From: an uncultured Candidatus Rokubacteria bacterium
GTDB lineage: Bacteria > Methylomirabilota > Methylomirabilia > Rokubacteriales > DASRDR01
Length of the DNA stretch: 64,000 nucleotides
Direction of reading: 5' to 3'
NCBI GenBank assembly: GCA_963805625.1
Contig: CAWDVE010000017.1
Coordinates: 384,001 to 448,000, forward strand
Notes under the pieces: model-generated
Seen by the model: only the letters and a program-made list of their open reading frames with translations
Told to the model about the DNA's origin: nothing
Databases searched by the model: none
Shown: piece by piece, positions 9,716 through 18,079 of the stretch
How the letters are laid out: the number at the start of each line of letters is the position of its first letter
How positions within the stretch are numbered: position 1 is the stretch's first letter
Translations under genes and position numbers: made by a program

Positions 9716-10740
9716 TCACCGCGCTCCCGCCCGTCGTGGCCTGGCCCGCCGGGGTGATCCTGGCCGCGCTCCTCGGCAGCTTCCTCAATGTCTGCATCTC
9801 CCGGCTACCGCGCGGGGAGAGCATCGTCCTGCCCGCATCGCACTGCCCGAACTGCCAGAATCCCATCCGACCGCTGGACAACATCCCCCTCGTGTCCTAC
9901 CTCGTCCTGGGCGGGCGTTGCCGAGCGTGCGGCGTGGCGATCTCCTGGCGGTACCCCCTGGTCGAGGCGCTCGCCGTCGTGCTCGGGGTCCTGATCCTGT
10001 GGCAGCTCGGGCCGACCTGGAATGCGGTGCGCGCATTCCTCCTCTGCCTGGCGATGGTGGCGGCCGCGTTCACCGACCTCGAGACGCGGCGGATCCCGGA
10101 CCGGATCACACTGCCGGGTGTGGTCGTCGCCTGCATCCTCGCCCCCGAGGGGCTCGGCCGGGGAAGTGCCGGGGCGGCGATTGGCGCGGCGATCTTCGCC
10201 GCGATCTCGATGGCGCGCGCCCGAGGCGCGGCGTCCCGCGGAGCGCCGCCCCCGCCCACCGAGGGGGAGGACGAGGTGGATCCCGCGGAGCGTCGGCGGC
10301 TCGACGTCTACTGGGCGGCGGCGTGGGGCGCGCTGATTGGACGGCAGCTCGCGGTGGTGAACCTCGCGGCGTTGACGGCGCCGGGCTGGCCGCTCACCTT
10401 TCGCGTCCTGGGCCAGGTCGACCTCCCGGTTACCGGCTGCATCGTCACGGGTGGCCTCTTCTTTCTCGTGGCCTGGCTCAGCCACGCCGTGCTCGGGCGC
10501 ACGGGCCTGGGCGGCGGGGACATCAAGCTGGCGGGGCTCATCGGGGCCGCCCTCGGCGCAGGCGGCGGGCTGGTCGCGGCGTTCGTAGGGATCATACTCG
10601 GGGGCGTGTTGGCCGCGGCCCTGCTCGTCTCGGGTCGCCGGCAGTTTGGCGAATACCTGCCCTTCGGGCCCTTCCTGGCCGTCGGAGGGATCGTGGCGGC
10701 CGTTTGGGGCCGCCCCATCATGGAGTGGTACCTTGGCTGA
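9712..10740 (+). CDS. pilD: Prepilin peptidase/N-methyltransferase (A24)
   Basis: GSFLNVCISRLP, CPNC and CRAC Zn motifs, catalytic Asp in FTDLETRRIPD and GGGDIKL, PFGPFL. Confidence 0.93.
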   Translation: MITALPPVVAWPAGVILAALLGSFLNVCISRLPRGESIVLPASHCPNCQNPIRPLDNIPLVSYLVLGGRCRACGVAISWRYPLVEALAVVLGVLILWQLGPTWNAVRAFLLCLAMVAAAFTDLETRRIPDRITLPGVVVACILAPEGLGRGSAGAAIGAAIFAAISMARARGAASRGAPPPPTEGEDEVDPAERRRLDVYWAAAWGALIGRQLAVVNLAALTAPGWPLTFRVLGQVDLPVTGCIVTGGLFFLVAWLSHAVLGRTGLGGGDIKLAGLIGAALGAGGGLVAAFVGIILGGVLAAALLVSGRRQFGEYLPFGPFLAVGGIVAAVWGRPIMEWYLG

Positions 10741-11620
10741 GCCGACCAGGACCGCCCGACGCGGCTCCTTCCGACCGGGGCGAGGTGTCCGGAAGAAGTT
10801 CCGGCTCGCCATTCTCATGGCGGGACTCCTTCCGCTGCTGTTCCTGGTCTACCTGGGATTGCCGGTCCTGCTTCCCAGCACGGTGACCGCTCCCCTCTAC
10901 CCGAAGGGCGCGCCCGTCTTCTTCTTGCTCCTCGCGTTCCTGGCGTTCCTCGAGGTGGCAGGCTTCTACATGATCTACAGCGACGTCCTCGGTTACATGC
11001 AGCGGAGCCTGGAGGACGAGCTGGATCGGCTGAGGGTGGGCGGGGCGAAGGTCGACGGGATCGTGGAGGAGCTCCGGCTGGCCAACTTCCGCCTCCGGGA
11101 GATGTCGCACACGGACGAGCTCACGGAGGTCGGCAACCGGCGGAGCTTCGACTTGCGGCTTCGGGAAGAGATCAGCCGGTCCAGCCGGTTCGGACACGCG
11201 TTCAGCCTGCTGATGATCGACATCGACGGGTTCAAGAAGTTCAACGACGAGTTCGGCCACCCGAAGGGAGACGCGGTGCTGCGCGCCCTCGGCGCGCTCA
11301 TGCGCTCGGCGTCGCGCGAGGGCGACGTGCCCTGCCGGGTTGGCGGCGAGGAGTTCGCGTTCATCCTGCCCGAGACGGGCAAGCCCGAGGGGCTGGTGTT
11401 CGCCGAGCGATTCCGCCGGCGCGTGGAGTCGAGCGTGATGGCGCCCGACAGCCTGAATCCGATCACGGTGAGCATCGGGCTGGCGGCGTTTCCCCAGGAC
11501 GGCCGGAACCCGGACGAGATCGTGTGGGCGGCCGACGAGGCACTATACGAGTCGAAGCGAGCAGGCCGGAACCGGGTGACGACCTACCCACGCAAGAGCG
11601 ACGAGGTCCCGGCCGGCTGA
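10733..11620 (+). CDS. Membrane-anchored diguanylate cyclase
   Basis: Two TM helices, short coiled coil, TDELTEVGNRR, DIDGFKKFNDEFGH, REGD I-site five residues before GGEEF. Confidence 0.93.
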   Translation: MAEPTRTARRGSFRPGRGVRKKFRLAILMAGLLPLLFLVYLGLPVLLPSTVTAPLYPKGAPVFFLLLAFLAFLEVAGFYMIYSDVLGYMQRSLEDELDRLRVGGAKVDGIVEELRLANFRLREMSHTDELTEVGNRRSFDLRLREEISRSSRFGHAFSLLMIDIDGFKKFNDEFGHPKGDAVLRALGALMRSASREGDVPCRVGGEEFAFILPETGKPEGLVFAERFRRRVESSVMAPDSLNPITVSIGLAAFPQDGRNPDEIVWAADEALYESKRAGRNRVTTYPRKSDEVPAG

Positions 11621-11679
11621 CGCGGGCGCTTTTGGAACGGGCAGAGGCGAAAACACGCCATGTCTGTGTGGAATTGAGG

Positions 11680-12188
11680 ATGTCTCGCTTGAGTGCGTTC
11701 CGTAGGATTGCGTGGCCTCGGCAGGGAGCTCAGCTCGGGCTGACCGCGGAGGAACTGATGGTCGTTCTGGTTATCGTTGCGATCCTGGCTTCGCGGCATA
11801 CCCGTGGCTCTCCAACGTGCGCGAGGTCCTGATAGTGAAGGGCGCTGCCGAGAATGTTGCGGGCGCGATCCGAATGGCTCGACAGCTCGCCATCACCCAG
11901 GGCTCGAACCACTGCATCGAGTTCGGGTCGGGCCAGTATCGGATTCGACAGGCGGACACGACCCCATCGTGCACCGGGGCCGTCGTCTCCAGCTACGACT
12001 GGCAGAACCTGTCCGAGAGCGGAACGGTCGTGTCGACAGCGCCGACCCTTGCCTTCGATCCGATCGGGAATCGAATCCTTCCGGGCGGCGGGGCCGGCAC
12101 GATCTTCAGCGTTAACACATTACCCTCGTCCTGCCTCAGTACCATCACCGTGACGCTCTATGGAGGCGTTCGGGTGGCGGGCTGCTGA
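11680..12188 (+). pseudogene. FimT/FimU (GspH-like) minor pilin, frameshifted near 11788-11790 (pseudogene or sequence error)
   Basis: One frame gives G|LTAEELMVVLVIVAILA; the next frame continues FAAYPWLSNVREV...AIRMARQLAITQG...LAFDPIG...ITVTLYGGVRV. Confidence 0.78.
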
Positions 12189-12202
12189 AAAGGGAAACTC
12201 CG

Positions 12203-12622
12203 ATGCGAAGAAGGGATCAGCGCGGCGTCACCATGGTGGAGCTGATGGTGGCGATGGTCCTCATGGCCGTGGCCCTTCTCGCCCTTGCTGCGTCGATCCC
12301 CTATGCCTTGTATGGCGTGGTGGCGAGTGGATTCCAGACCACGGCGACCCAGCTGGCTCAGGAGGCGATCGAGCGCGCCACGGCGACGGACTATGAAACC
12401 ATCCCGAACCTGAGCTTCGACGGGTCATCGGGGACCCTGCCCGCCGACTGCAGCGGCAGCTTGCGCCCGGTGACGGCGTTCGCCGGGTTCAGTCGCTGCG
12501 TGGCTGTCCAGTCGGGCACCCCGACGAGCACCACGATGACGATCACTGTGGTCGTTGACTTCAGCGGGTCGGTACCGAACCCGATCTACAAGACGACGGT
12601 CGTGACCATCCGAGCGAATTGA
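12203..12622 (+). CDS. PilV-like minor pilin
   Basis: DQRG|VTMVELMVAMVLMAVALLALA class III signal; ATQLAQEAIE. Confidence 0.85.
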   Translation: MRRRDQRGVTMVELMVAMVLMAVALLALAASIPYALYGVVASGFQTTATQLAQEAIERATATDYETIPNLSFDGSSGTLPADCSGSLRPVTAFAGFSRCVAVQSGTPTSTTMTITVVVDFSGSVPNPIYKTTVVTIRAN

Positions 12623-12633
12623 GGGTGCCGAAT

Positions 12634-13464
12634 ATGTCTCGCAGGACGATGTCCTTACTGCGCGACGGGCGTGGACGCAGCGTGATCGAGCTGGTTGTCA
12701 CCCTCGCGCTCTTCGCCCTGGTGATGGTCGGTGTCGTTGGCACCTGGGGTAAGGCGCAGGAAGCCTACTTCATCGGGTCGGAGTCGGCCGAGGTGCAGCA
12801 GAATGTGCGCGCCGCCATGGACTTCATGGTCCGCGAGATCCGATCGGCAGGCCGGGACGCCACCGTCTGTGCGTTCGACTATGCGACGTCCTCGACCGTC
12901 GACTGTGATGGGGGCAAGGTGGCGAACTGCACCGCCAGGCTCGCCGGGACGGGCACCCCGACCTGGGAGACCGGTAACGGCGTCGGCGGTCCCGGGTGCA
13001 CCGGGTTATATGCGATCCCCTTCGCGCAGGCGACGGCGACCACCCTGCGCATACGCTCGGACCGCAACCACAATGGGCGGATCGCCGGGTTGGGTAATGC
13101 CATTACTTCACCGGCATCGGCGGCTGACCGCGGCGAGGAGGACGTGCTCTACGCGCTTTCGACGGTGAACTGCCCGCCGGGAGTGCCCCAGTGCATCACG
13201 CGGGACGATGGGACGGGACCTGTGGCGATGGTGGCGGTGGACATCAATGGCCTGACGTTTACCTACTACCCCCGGGCGAACTTCGGCCCCTGTGCCGGCC
13301 AGGCCAACCCATGCAACATCGCCTTCGGGCTGCCGCTGTCGAGCCAGTCCCAAGCGGACAACATCGGGCGGATCCGCATCTCGGTCCAGGCGCAGCAGCA
13401 AATCGGCGGCCAAATGGTGAGCAGCACCCTTGTCACCGAAGTTACACTCCGAAACCGTTCGTAG
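12634..13464 (+). CDS. PilW-like minor pilin, Cys-rich
   Basis: GRG|RSVIELVVTLALFALV; VQQNVRAAMDFMVREIRSAG; ends EVTLRN. Confidence 0.85.
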   Translation: MSRRTMSLLRDGRGRSVIELVVTLALFALVMVGVVGTWGKAQEAYFIGSESAEVQQNVRAAMDFMVREIRSAGRDATVCAFDYATSSTVDCDGGKVANCTARLAGTGTPTWETGNGVGGPGCTGLYAIPFAQATATTLRIRSDRNHNGRIAGLGNAITSPASAADRGEEDVLYALSTVNCPPGVPQCITRDDGTGPVAMVAVDINGLTFTYYPRANFGPCAGQANPCNIAFGLPLSSQSQADNIGRIRISVQAQQQIGGQMVSSTLVTEVTLRNRS

Positions 13465-13483
13465 CAGAGAAGCAGCGGGGAAG

Positions 13484-15046
13484 ATGAGATCAACCCTACA
13501 CAGCCAGCGGGGATCGGCCCTCATCATTGCGGTCATCGCAATGCTCATCCTCGGTATCCTGAGCTTCTCGTTCGCCCTCCTGGCAAGGATTGAGATGACG
13601 ACCGGGATCAACTACAAATTTCAGGCCCAGGCCGAGGCCCTGGCCGAGGCCGGGCTCGAACGGGGGCGGGACGAGGTTCGCACCGCGGCCGACGAGGCAT
13701 GCGGGTTCACGAAATGGACCGACCCCGGCAACTCGTCCCCGTACGGCTGTGGCGCCGGGTTCGCCAAGCTGCTCTTCAACAGTGTCGGTTTGGGGGCCGG
13801 CAACTACTCGGCGGTCATCGATAATGACTGCAGCCCCCTCGTGCCCGCGGCGATCCAGGACCCGAGCTGTAGCGGGGGCTTGGCCGGCCGCGACACGAAC
13901 GAGACGGCGATCCTCACGGCCTGGGCTACGGCAGCGAACGGGCAGGGACGGGCCCGGGTGCGCGCGGTTCTCGGGATCGACAATCCCTGGAAGCACGTCT
14001 GCTCGAACTCGAGCCAGGACAATCCGCCCGGCTACTGCAACGAGCCGGCCAACCGGAACGGAAGTCCCTCGATCGTGCCGGCGGACCCGAACGAGTACCC
14101 GGGCGGCCCCGCTGCATACGATGAGTTGCCCCGGCCCCAATTGGGCTGTTCTGCGGTCGACGTGACCCTGCACTATGAAACGGTCGGCAACTGCCCCCCT
14201 GGTACGAACGATGACTACCCCTATACGCTGGGTCGGCGGTACGTCGTCCAGGGCGATACCATCAAGGGCAACTGCGGCACCTTCGGCGGAGTCACCTTCA
14301 GAGGGTATTTCGACTGCGCTCTCACGACGCCCTGCGAGGCGCCGGCCTGTAGTCCCACCCGCAGGGCCTGCGTCCCCGCTTTGGACCCACGGTTATCTGA
14401 CACCACCCGTTACTACGACGCTTCAAGCCCCGGTGGGTGCGGCGCCAATACTGGGATGGTCTTCATCGGCAACGTGAACTGGAACAACCATGGCAATGTC
14501 GGGGGCTCCGGGAATGGCCGGAACATGTACGTGATGAATGGCACGTTGTCCATCCAGGGGGACGTGTTCCACGGGGTCATCGTGGTCGAAGGCGATGGGG
14601 GCGGCGGCGACGACCTCCAGCACAGGAACCAGGCGATCATCTGGACCGAGCAAACCAACACGACTCATGGCCGGCCGGTATACGGCTATCCCCTGGCCTA
14701 TCTGGTTTATGATTCGGAGCTGCCGGCTCCGACGGCCAATCCTCTGGCGCCCCAGAATACGTTCTCCGACATCGGCAGTGCCTCCGGAACCGAAGTCCAC
14801 GGGCTCGTCTACTCGGGCGGGCATGCGCAGTTCAAGCCCGTCATCATGGATGGGGGCGTCATCGCTTTCGAGATCCAGACCCAGTCCACGGCCTCCAGCT
14901 ACGGCTACAACTCCACGTATGGCAACGCGGCCCCCCCGCCTGGCTTCCCGGTGGGATCGGGCAATACGGTGGTCCTCGTCCGGAAGTCGTTCCTCGTTTG
15001 CGTGGACTACGCCGCCGACACGGGAGGCGGCAGCTCCTGTCGGTAG
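13484..15046 (+). CDS. PilX-like minor pilin with large Cys-rich C-terminal domain
   Basis: SQRG|SALIIAVIAMLILGIL (no Glu5, as in PilX); QAEALAEAGLE; ~450 aa Cys/Gly/Asn/Pro-rich extension. Confidence 0.82.
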   Translation: MRSTLHSQRGSALIIAVIAMLILGILSFSFALLARIEMTTGINYKFQAQAEALAEAGLERGRDEVRTAADEACGFTKWTDPGNSSPYGCGAGFAKLLFNSVGLGAGNYSAVIDNDCSPLVPAAIQDPSCSGGLAGRDTNETAILTAWATAANGQGRARVRAVLGIDNPWKHVCSNSSQDNPPGYCNEPANRNGSPSIVPADPNEYPGGPAAYDELPRPQLGCSAVDVTLHYETVGNCPPGTNDDYPYTLGRRYVVQGDTIKGNCGTFGGVTFRGYFDCALTTPCEAPACSPTRRACVPALDPRLSDTTRYYDASSPGGCGANTGMVFIGNVNWNNHGNVGGSGNGRNMYVMNGTLSIQGDVFHGVIVVEGDGGGGDDLQHRNQAIIWTEQTNTTHGRPVYGYPLAYLVYDSELPAPTANPLAPQNTFSDIGSASGTEVHGLVYSGGHAQFKPVIMDGGVIAFEIQTQSTASSYGYNSTYGNAAPPPGFPVGSGNTVVLVRKSFLVCVDYAADTGGGSSCR

Positions 15047-15115
15047 GTGTTCTCAGGCCCCTGGCGCGGCAAATGCTAACGTTTCACAATATCTCGAAGT
15101 CCACGCAGCCCTGCG

Positions 15116-15121
15116 TATAAT
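15116..15121 (+). promoter_or_regulatory. sigma70 -10 box, probably leaderless transcript of the kinase
   Basis: Perfect TATAAT ending 6 nt before ATG 15128; no SD sequence. Confidence 0.6.
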
Positions 15122-15127
15122 AGCGCC

Positions 15128-17893
15128 ATGCCACCGCCCCCGAGCAGCACGTACAAGGTAGGTCTGGTCGGGACGGGGATCCACCTCGTTCAGGCGATCG
15201 AGGCGCTCCGGGCCGTCCAGGGAGTCACGATCGCCATCGTTGCCGACGCGAGTGACCGCTCTGACGGGGGCAAGCTCGCGAAGAGCCTCCACCTGCCGGT
15301 CGTCAAGAACGCCATGGAGGTATTCAAGACCGAGGCCAACCTCGTCATCGAGGTCAGCGGCGACGAGCGCCAGTACGAGCGGCTCCTGTCGATCAAGCCA
15401 CCGGGCGTCGAGGTGATGAGCGTTCGCGGCGCCCGTCTTTTCATGGATCTCCTCAAGAAGGCCGAGGTCGCGCCGGGTGGGGGGGAGCTCGGAGGCCCAG
15501 CGGCCGGATCCCCGGTCTCCCGCGACGGCATCCACCTGCTCGAGCCCCTGACCGTGGCACTCGAGGACGCCCTCCGCCACACGGGGGCCCCGGGTGACTC
15601 GGCCAAGGCGATGCTCCCGGGAGTTGCCCGCGCGACGGGGATGGAATGGGCGGCGCTCGCCATGCCGGGCACGGGGGGTGCCCTCTCGTGGATCGTCGCC
15701 GCCCCGGAGAGCATGGCGCTGTCCCGACTGCCGGCCGACAAGATCCGGCAGGTTCTCGGGCGAGGCGAACCCCTCTGGTTGATGCGGCCGAGCAAGGGTG
15801 TAGGGACCGCCGGGATTCTTCCGCTGCACGCGGGCGCTGATCTAATGGGCCTCCTGCTGGTGGGTCGATCGGGTGACAGCGCCGCGACGCCGGCGGAGCT
15901 CCTCGCCTCCCAGCTCGCGGCGGGCGTGGTGTCCTCCTCACTGCGGGCCGCCCAGCCGGCCGCCGCGGCCGCTCCAATCGAGGTCGTGAAGGAAGTCGTG
16001 CGAGAGGTGCCGGTCGAGGTAGTCCGTGAGGTGGAGGTCATCCGGGAGATCCCGGTCGACCGCGAGGTCATCCGGGAAGTACCGGTGGAGGTCGTGAAGG
16101 AGATCGTGCGGGAGGTGCCGGTCAACCAGGAGGTCGTGCGCGAGGTGGTGCGGGAGGTCCCGGTCGAGGTGATCCGCGAAGTGGAGGTCGTCCGGGAGGT
16201 CCCGGTCCAGGTTCCCGTGGAGTTCCTGAAGGAGATTGTGCGAGAAGTGCCGGTGGACCGGGAGGTCGTGCGGGAGGTGCCGGTCGAAGTCGTGAAGGAG
16301 GTCGTGCGGGAAGTGCCGGTCGATCGCGAGGTCGTCCGGGAGGTTCCGGTGGAAGTCGTGAAGGAGGTCATCCGGGAGGTGCCCGTCGACCGCGAGGTAG
16401 TGCGGGAAGTCCCGGTCGAGGTGATCCGCGAGGTGGAGGTCATCCGGGAGGTCCCGGTTCAGGTTCCCGTGGAGTTCCTGAAGGAGGTCGTGCGAGAAGT
16501 CCCGATCGAGCGCGAGGTTATCCGCGAAGTTCCCGTGGAAGTCGTGCGGGAGGTGCCGGTCGACCGCGAGGTCGTCCGGGAAGTCCCGGTCGAGGTGGTC
16601 AAGGAGATCGTCCGGGACGTTCCGGTGGAGATCATCCGGGAGGTGCCCGTCGACCGGGAGGTCGTACGGGAGGTCGTCCGCGACACCACTCGGATCGACG
16701 AGGAGGAGTTTCGGCGGCTGCGCCGACGGCTCGAGGAGCTGGAAACGACCCAGGATCAGCTGGCCGCACGGGCCGGCCGGATCCCCGTCGACGAGAAGAT
16801 GCAAGCCCTCCTAAACATGGCCGGCGGGGTAGGGCACGTCTTCAACAACGTGCTGGCGGGCATTCTCGGGCGCACCCAGCTCCTGGTGAAGCGGGCCTCA
16901 CGGGAGAAATCTCGGGAGATCGCCTCGGGGCTGCACGAGATCGAGTCCGCCACTCGCACCGGGATCGACGCCCTCTCGCGGATCCAGGAGTTCAGCCGCT
17001 CCCGGCCGGCCGAGCCGTTCGGCCCCGTCGACCTGAACGACATCGTCCAGCGTGCGGTCGAACAGACGCGGGCGAGGTGGCGGGACGAGCCCACGGCGCG
17101 CGGCGCGCCCATCGAGCTGATCACCCACTTCGGGCCGCACGCGCAGCTCATCGGGGCCGAGTCGGAGCTGCTCGAAGCCACCGTGCAGTTGCTCCACAAC
17201 GCTGTGGACGCCATGCCGCGGGGCGGTACGATCACGATTCGCACCGGGCTCGACGCCGGCCGTGCCACCATGTCGGTGTCGGACACGGGCGTGGGTATGT
17301 CCGAGGCGGTCCGCCGGCGCGCGTTCGAGCCGTTCTTCTCGACCAAGGGTGAGACCGGCCTGGGCCTCGGGCTCTCGATGGTCTACGGGGTCATGGCCCG
17401 CCATGGAGGCGATTCCACGCTCGACAGCGAGGAAGGGCGCGGCACGACGGTCACGCTGCGCCTGCCGACTGCTGGCGAGGGCGCGCCCCCTCCGCTCGCT
17501 GGCGCCGAGACGGATCGCCCGCAGGTGCTGCTGGTGGACGATGACGAGACCGTCCGGACGGCCGTCGGCGACATGCTGCGCGGCGCCGCCTACTCCGTCA
17601 CGCTGGCGGGCTCGGGCCTCGAGGGTATCGCCAAGGTGCGTGAACGCGAGGGCGCGTACGATCTCGTCATCACCGATCTCGGCATGCCGGACGTTCCCGG
17701 ATGGGAGGTCGTCGAGGCGGTGAAACAGGTGGACGCGACCACGCCGGTCGTGATCCTGTCCGGGTTCGATCGGGCGCGCGCGACACGCCGCGCGCGAGAG
17801 CTAGGCGTCGACATGGTGATCTCCAAGCCGTTCGACATTCAGGAGTTCCTCACCACTGTCCACGGGCTTCTGGCCGGCCGCAAACGCGGCTAG
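15128..17893 (+). CDS. Hybrid sensor histidine kinase: Rossmann-like N-terminus, degenerate GAF-like region, VPV-repeat tract, HisKA, HATPase, receiver
   Basis: KVGLVGTG...VIEVSGD; GGVGHVFNN; HNAVDAMP, DTGVGM, FEPFFSTK, GLGLGL; REC LLVDDD, ITDLGMP, SKPF. Confidence 0.9.
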   Translation: MPPPPSSTYKVGLVGTGIHLVQAIEALRAVQGVTIAIVADASDRSDGGKLAKSLHLPVVKNAMEVFKTEANLVIEVSGDERQYERLLSIKPPGVEVMSVRGARLFMDLLKKAEVAPGGGELGGPAAGSPVSRDGIHLLEPLTVALEDALRHTGAPGDSAKAMLPGVARATGMEWAALAMPGTGGALSWIVAAPESMALSRLPADKIRQVLGRGEPLWLMRPSKGVGTAGILPLHAGADLMGLLLVGRSGDSAATPAELLASQLAAGVVSSSLRAAQPAAAAAPIEVVKEVVREVPVEVVREVEVIREIPVDREVIREVPVEVVKEIVREVPVNQEVVREVVREVPVEVIREVEVVREVPVQVPVEFLKEIVREVPVDREVVREVPVEVVKEVVREVPVDREVVREVPVEVVKEVIREVPVDREVVREVPVEVIREVEVIREVPVQVPVEFLKEVVREVPIEREVIREVPVEVVREVPVDREVVREVPVEVVKEIVRDVPVEIIREVPVDREVVREVVRDTTRIDEEEFRRLRRRLEELETTQDQLAARAGRIPVDEKMQALLNMAGGVGHVFNNVLAGILGRTQLLVKRASREKSREIASGLHEIESATRTGIDALSRIQEFSRSRPAEPFGPVDLNDIVQRAVEQTRARWRDEPTARGAPIELITHFGPHAQLIGAESELLEATVQLLHNAVDAMPRGGTITIRTGLDAGRATMSVSDTGVGMSEAVRRRAFEPFFSTKGETGLGLGLSMVYGVMARHGGDSTLDSEEGRGTTVTLRLPTAGEGAPPPLAGAETDRPQVLLVDDDETVRTAVGDMLRGAAYSVTLAGSGLEGIAKVREREGAYDLVITDLGMPDVPGWEVVEAVKQVDATTPVVILSGFDRARATRRARELGVDMVISKPFDIQEFLTTVHGLLAGRKRG
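15977..16684 (+). repeat. Intragenic imperfect coding repeat (EVVREVPV / DREVVREVPV)n
   Basis: About 21 VP/IP motifs by eye in ~235 aa; block containing QVPVEFLKE recurs 252 nt apart (16211, 16463). Confidence 0.95.
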
Positions 17894-17935
17894 CCATCTC
17901 CCATAAGTTCTTGTAATCGTTGATGTTTTAAAATG

Positions 17936-17982
17936 TTGACTAGCAATTCCACGCGAGTCATACTCACCAACAAGTAATTACT
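17936..17982 (+). promoter_or_regulatory. sigma70 promoter of pilMNOPQ with downstream palindrome
   Basis: TTGACT-17-CATACT (17936-17964) in AT-rich spacer; perfect palindrome AGTAATTACT 17973-17982. Confidence 0.55.
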
Positions 17983-18079
17983 ACAAAGACCTGTAAACAG
18001 AACGATGGAAGAGCGAAAAAAAATAGTTTTGGGGTTTCGCGGATGCTGCGCGAGACTCGCGGGCAGTGAGGAATAACCT

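Noticed and set aside
11621-11679. c-di-GMP riboswitch or sigma54 promoter before the minor pilins
   Set aside because: No GEMM-like motif; TTGGAAC is not followed by GC at the required spacing
15190-16443. Antisense Thr/Ser/Arg-rich 417-aa ORF
   Set aside because: Shadow of the VPV repeat on the opposite strand
15977-16684. CRISPR array or DNA-level satellite
   Set aside because: No constant repeat with unique spacers; periodicity is in-frame and varies at synonymous positions
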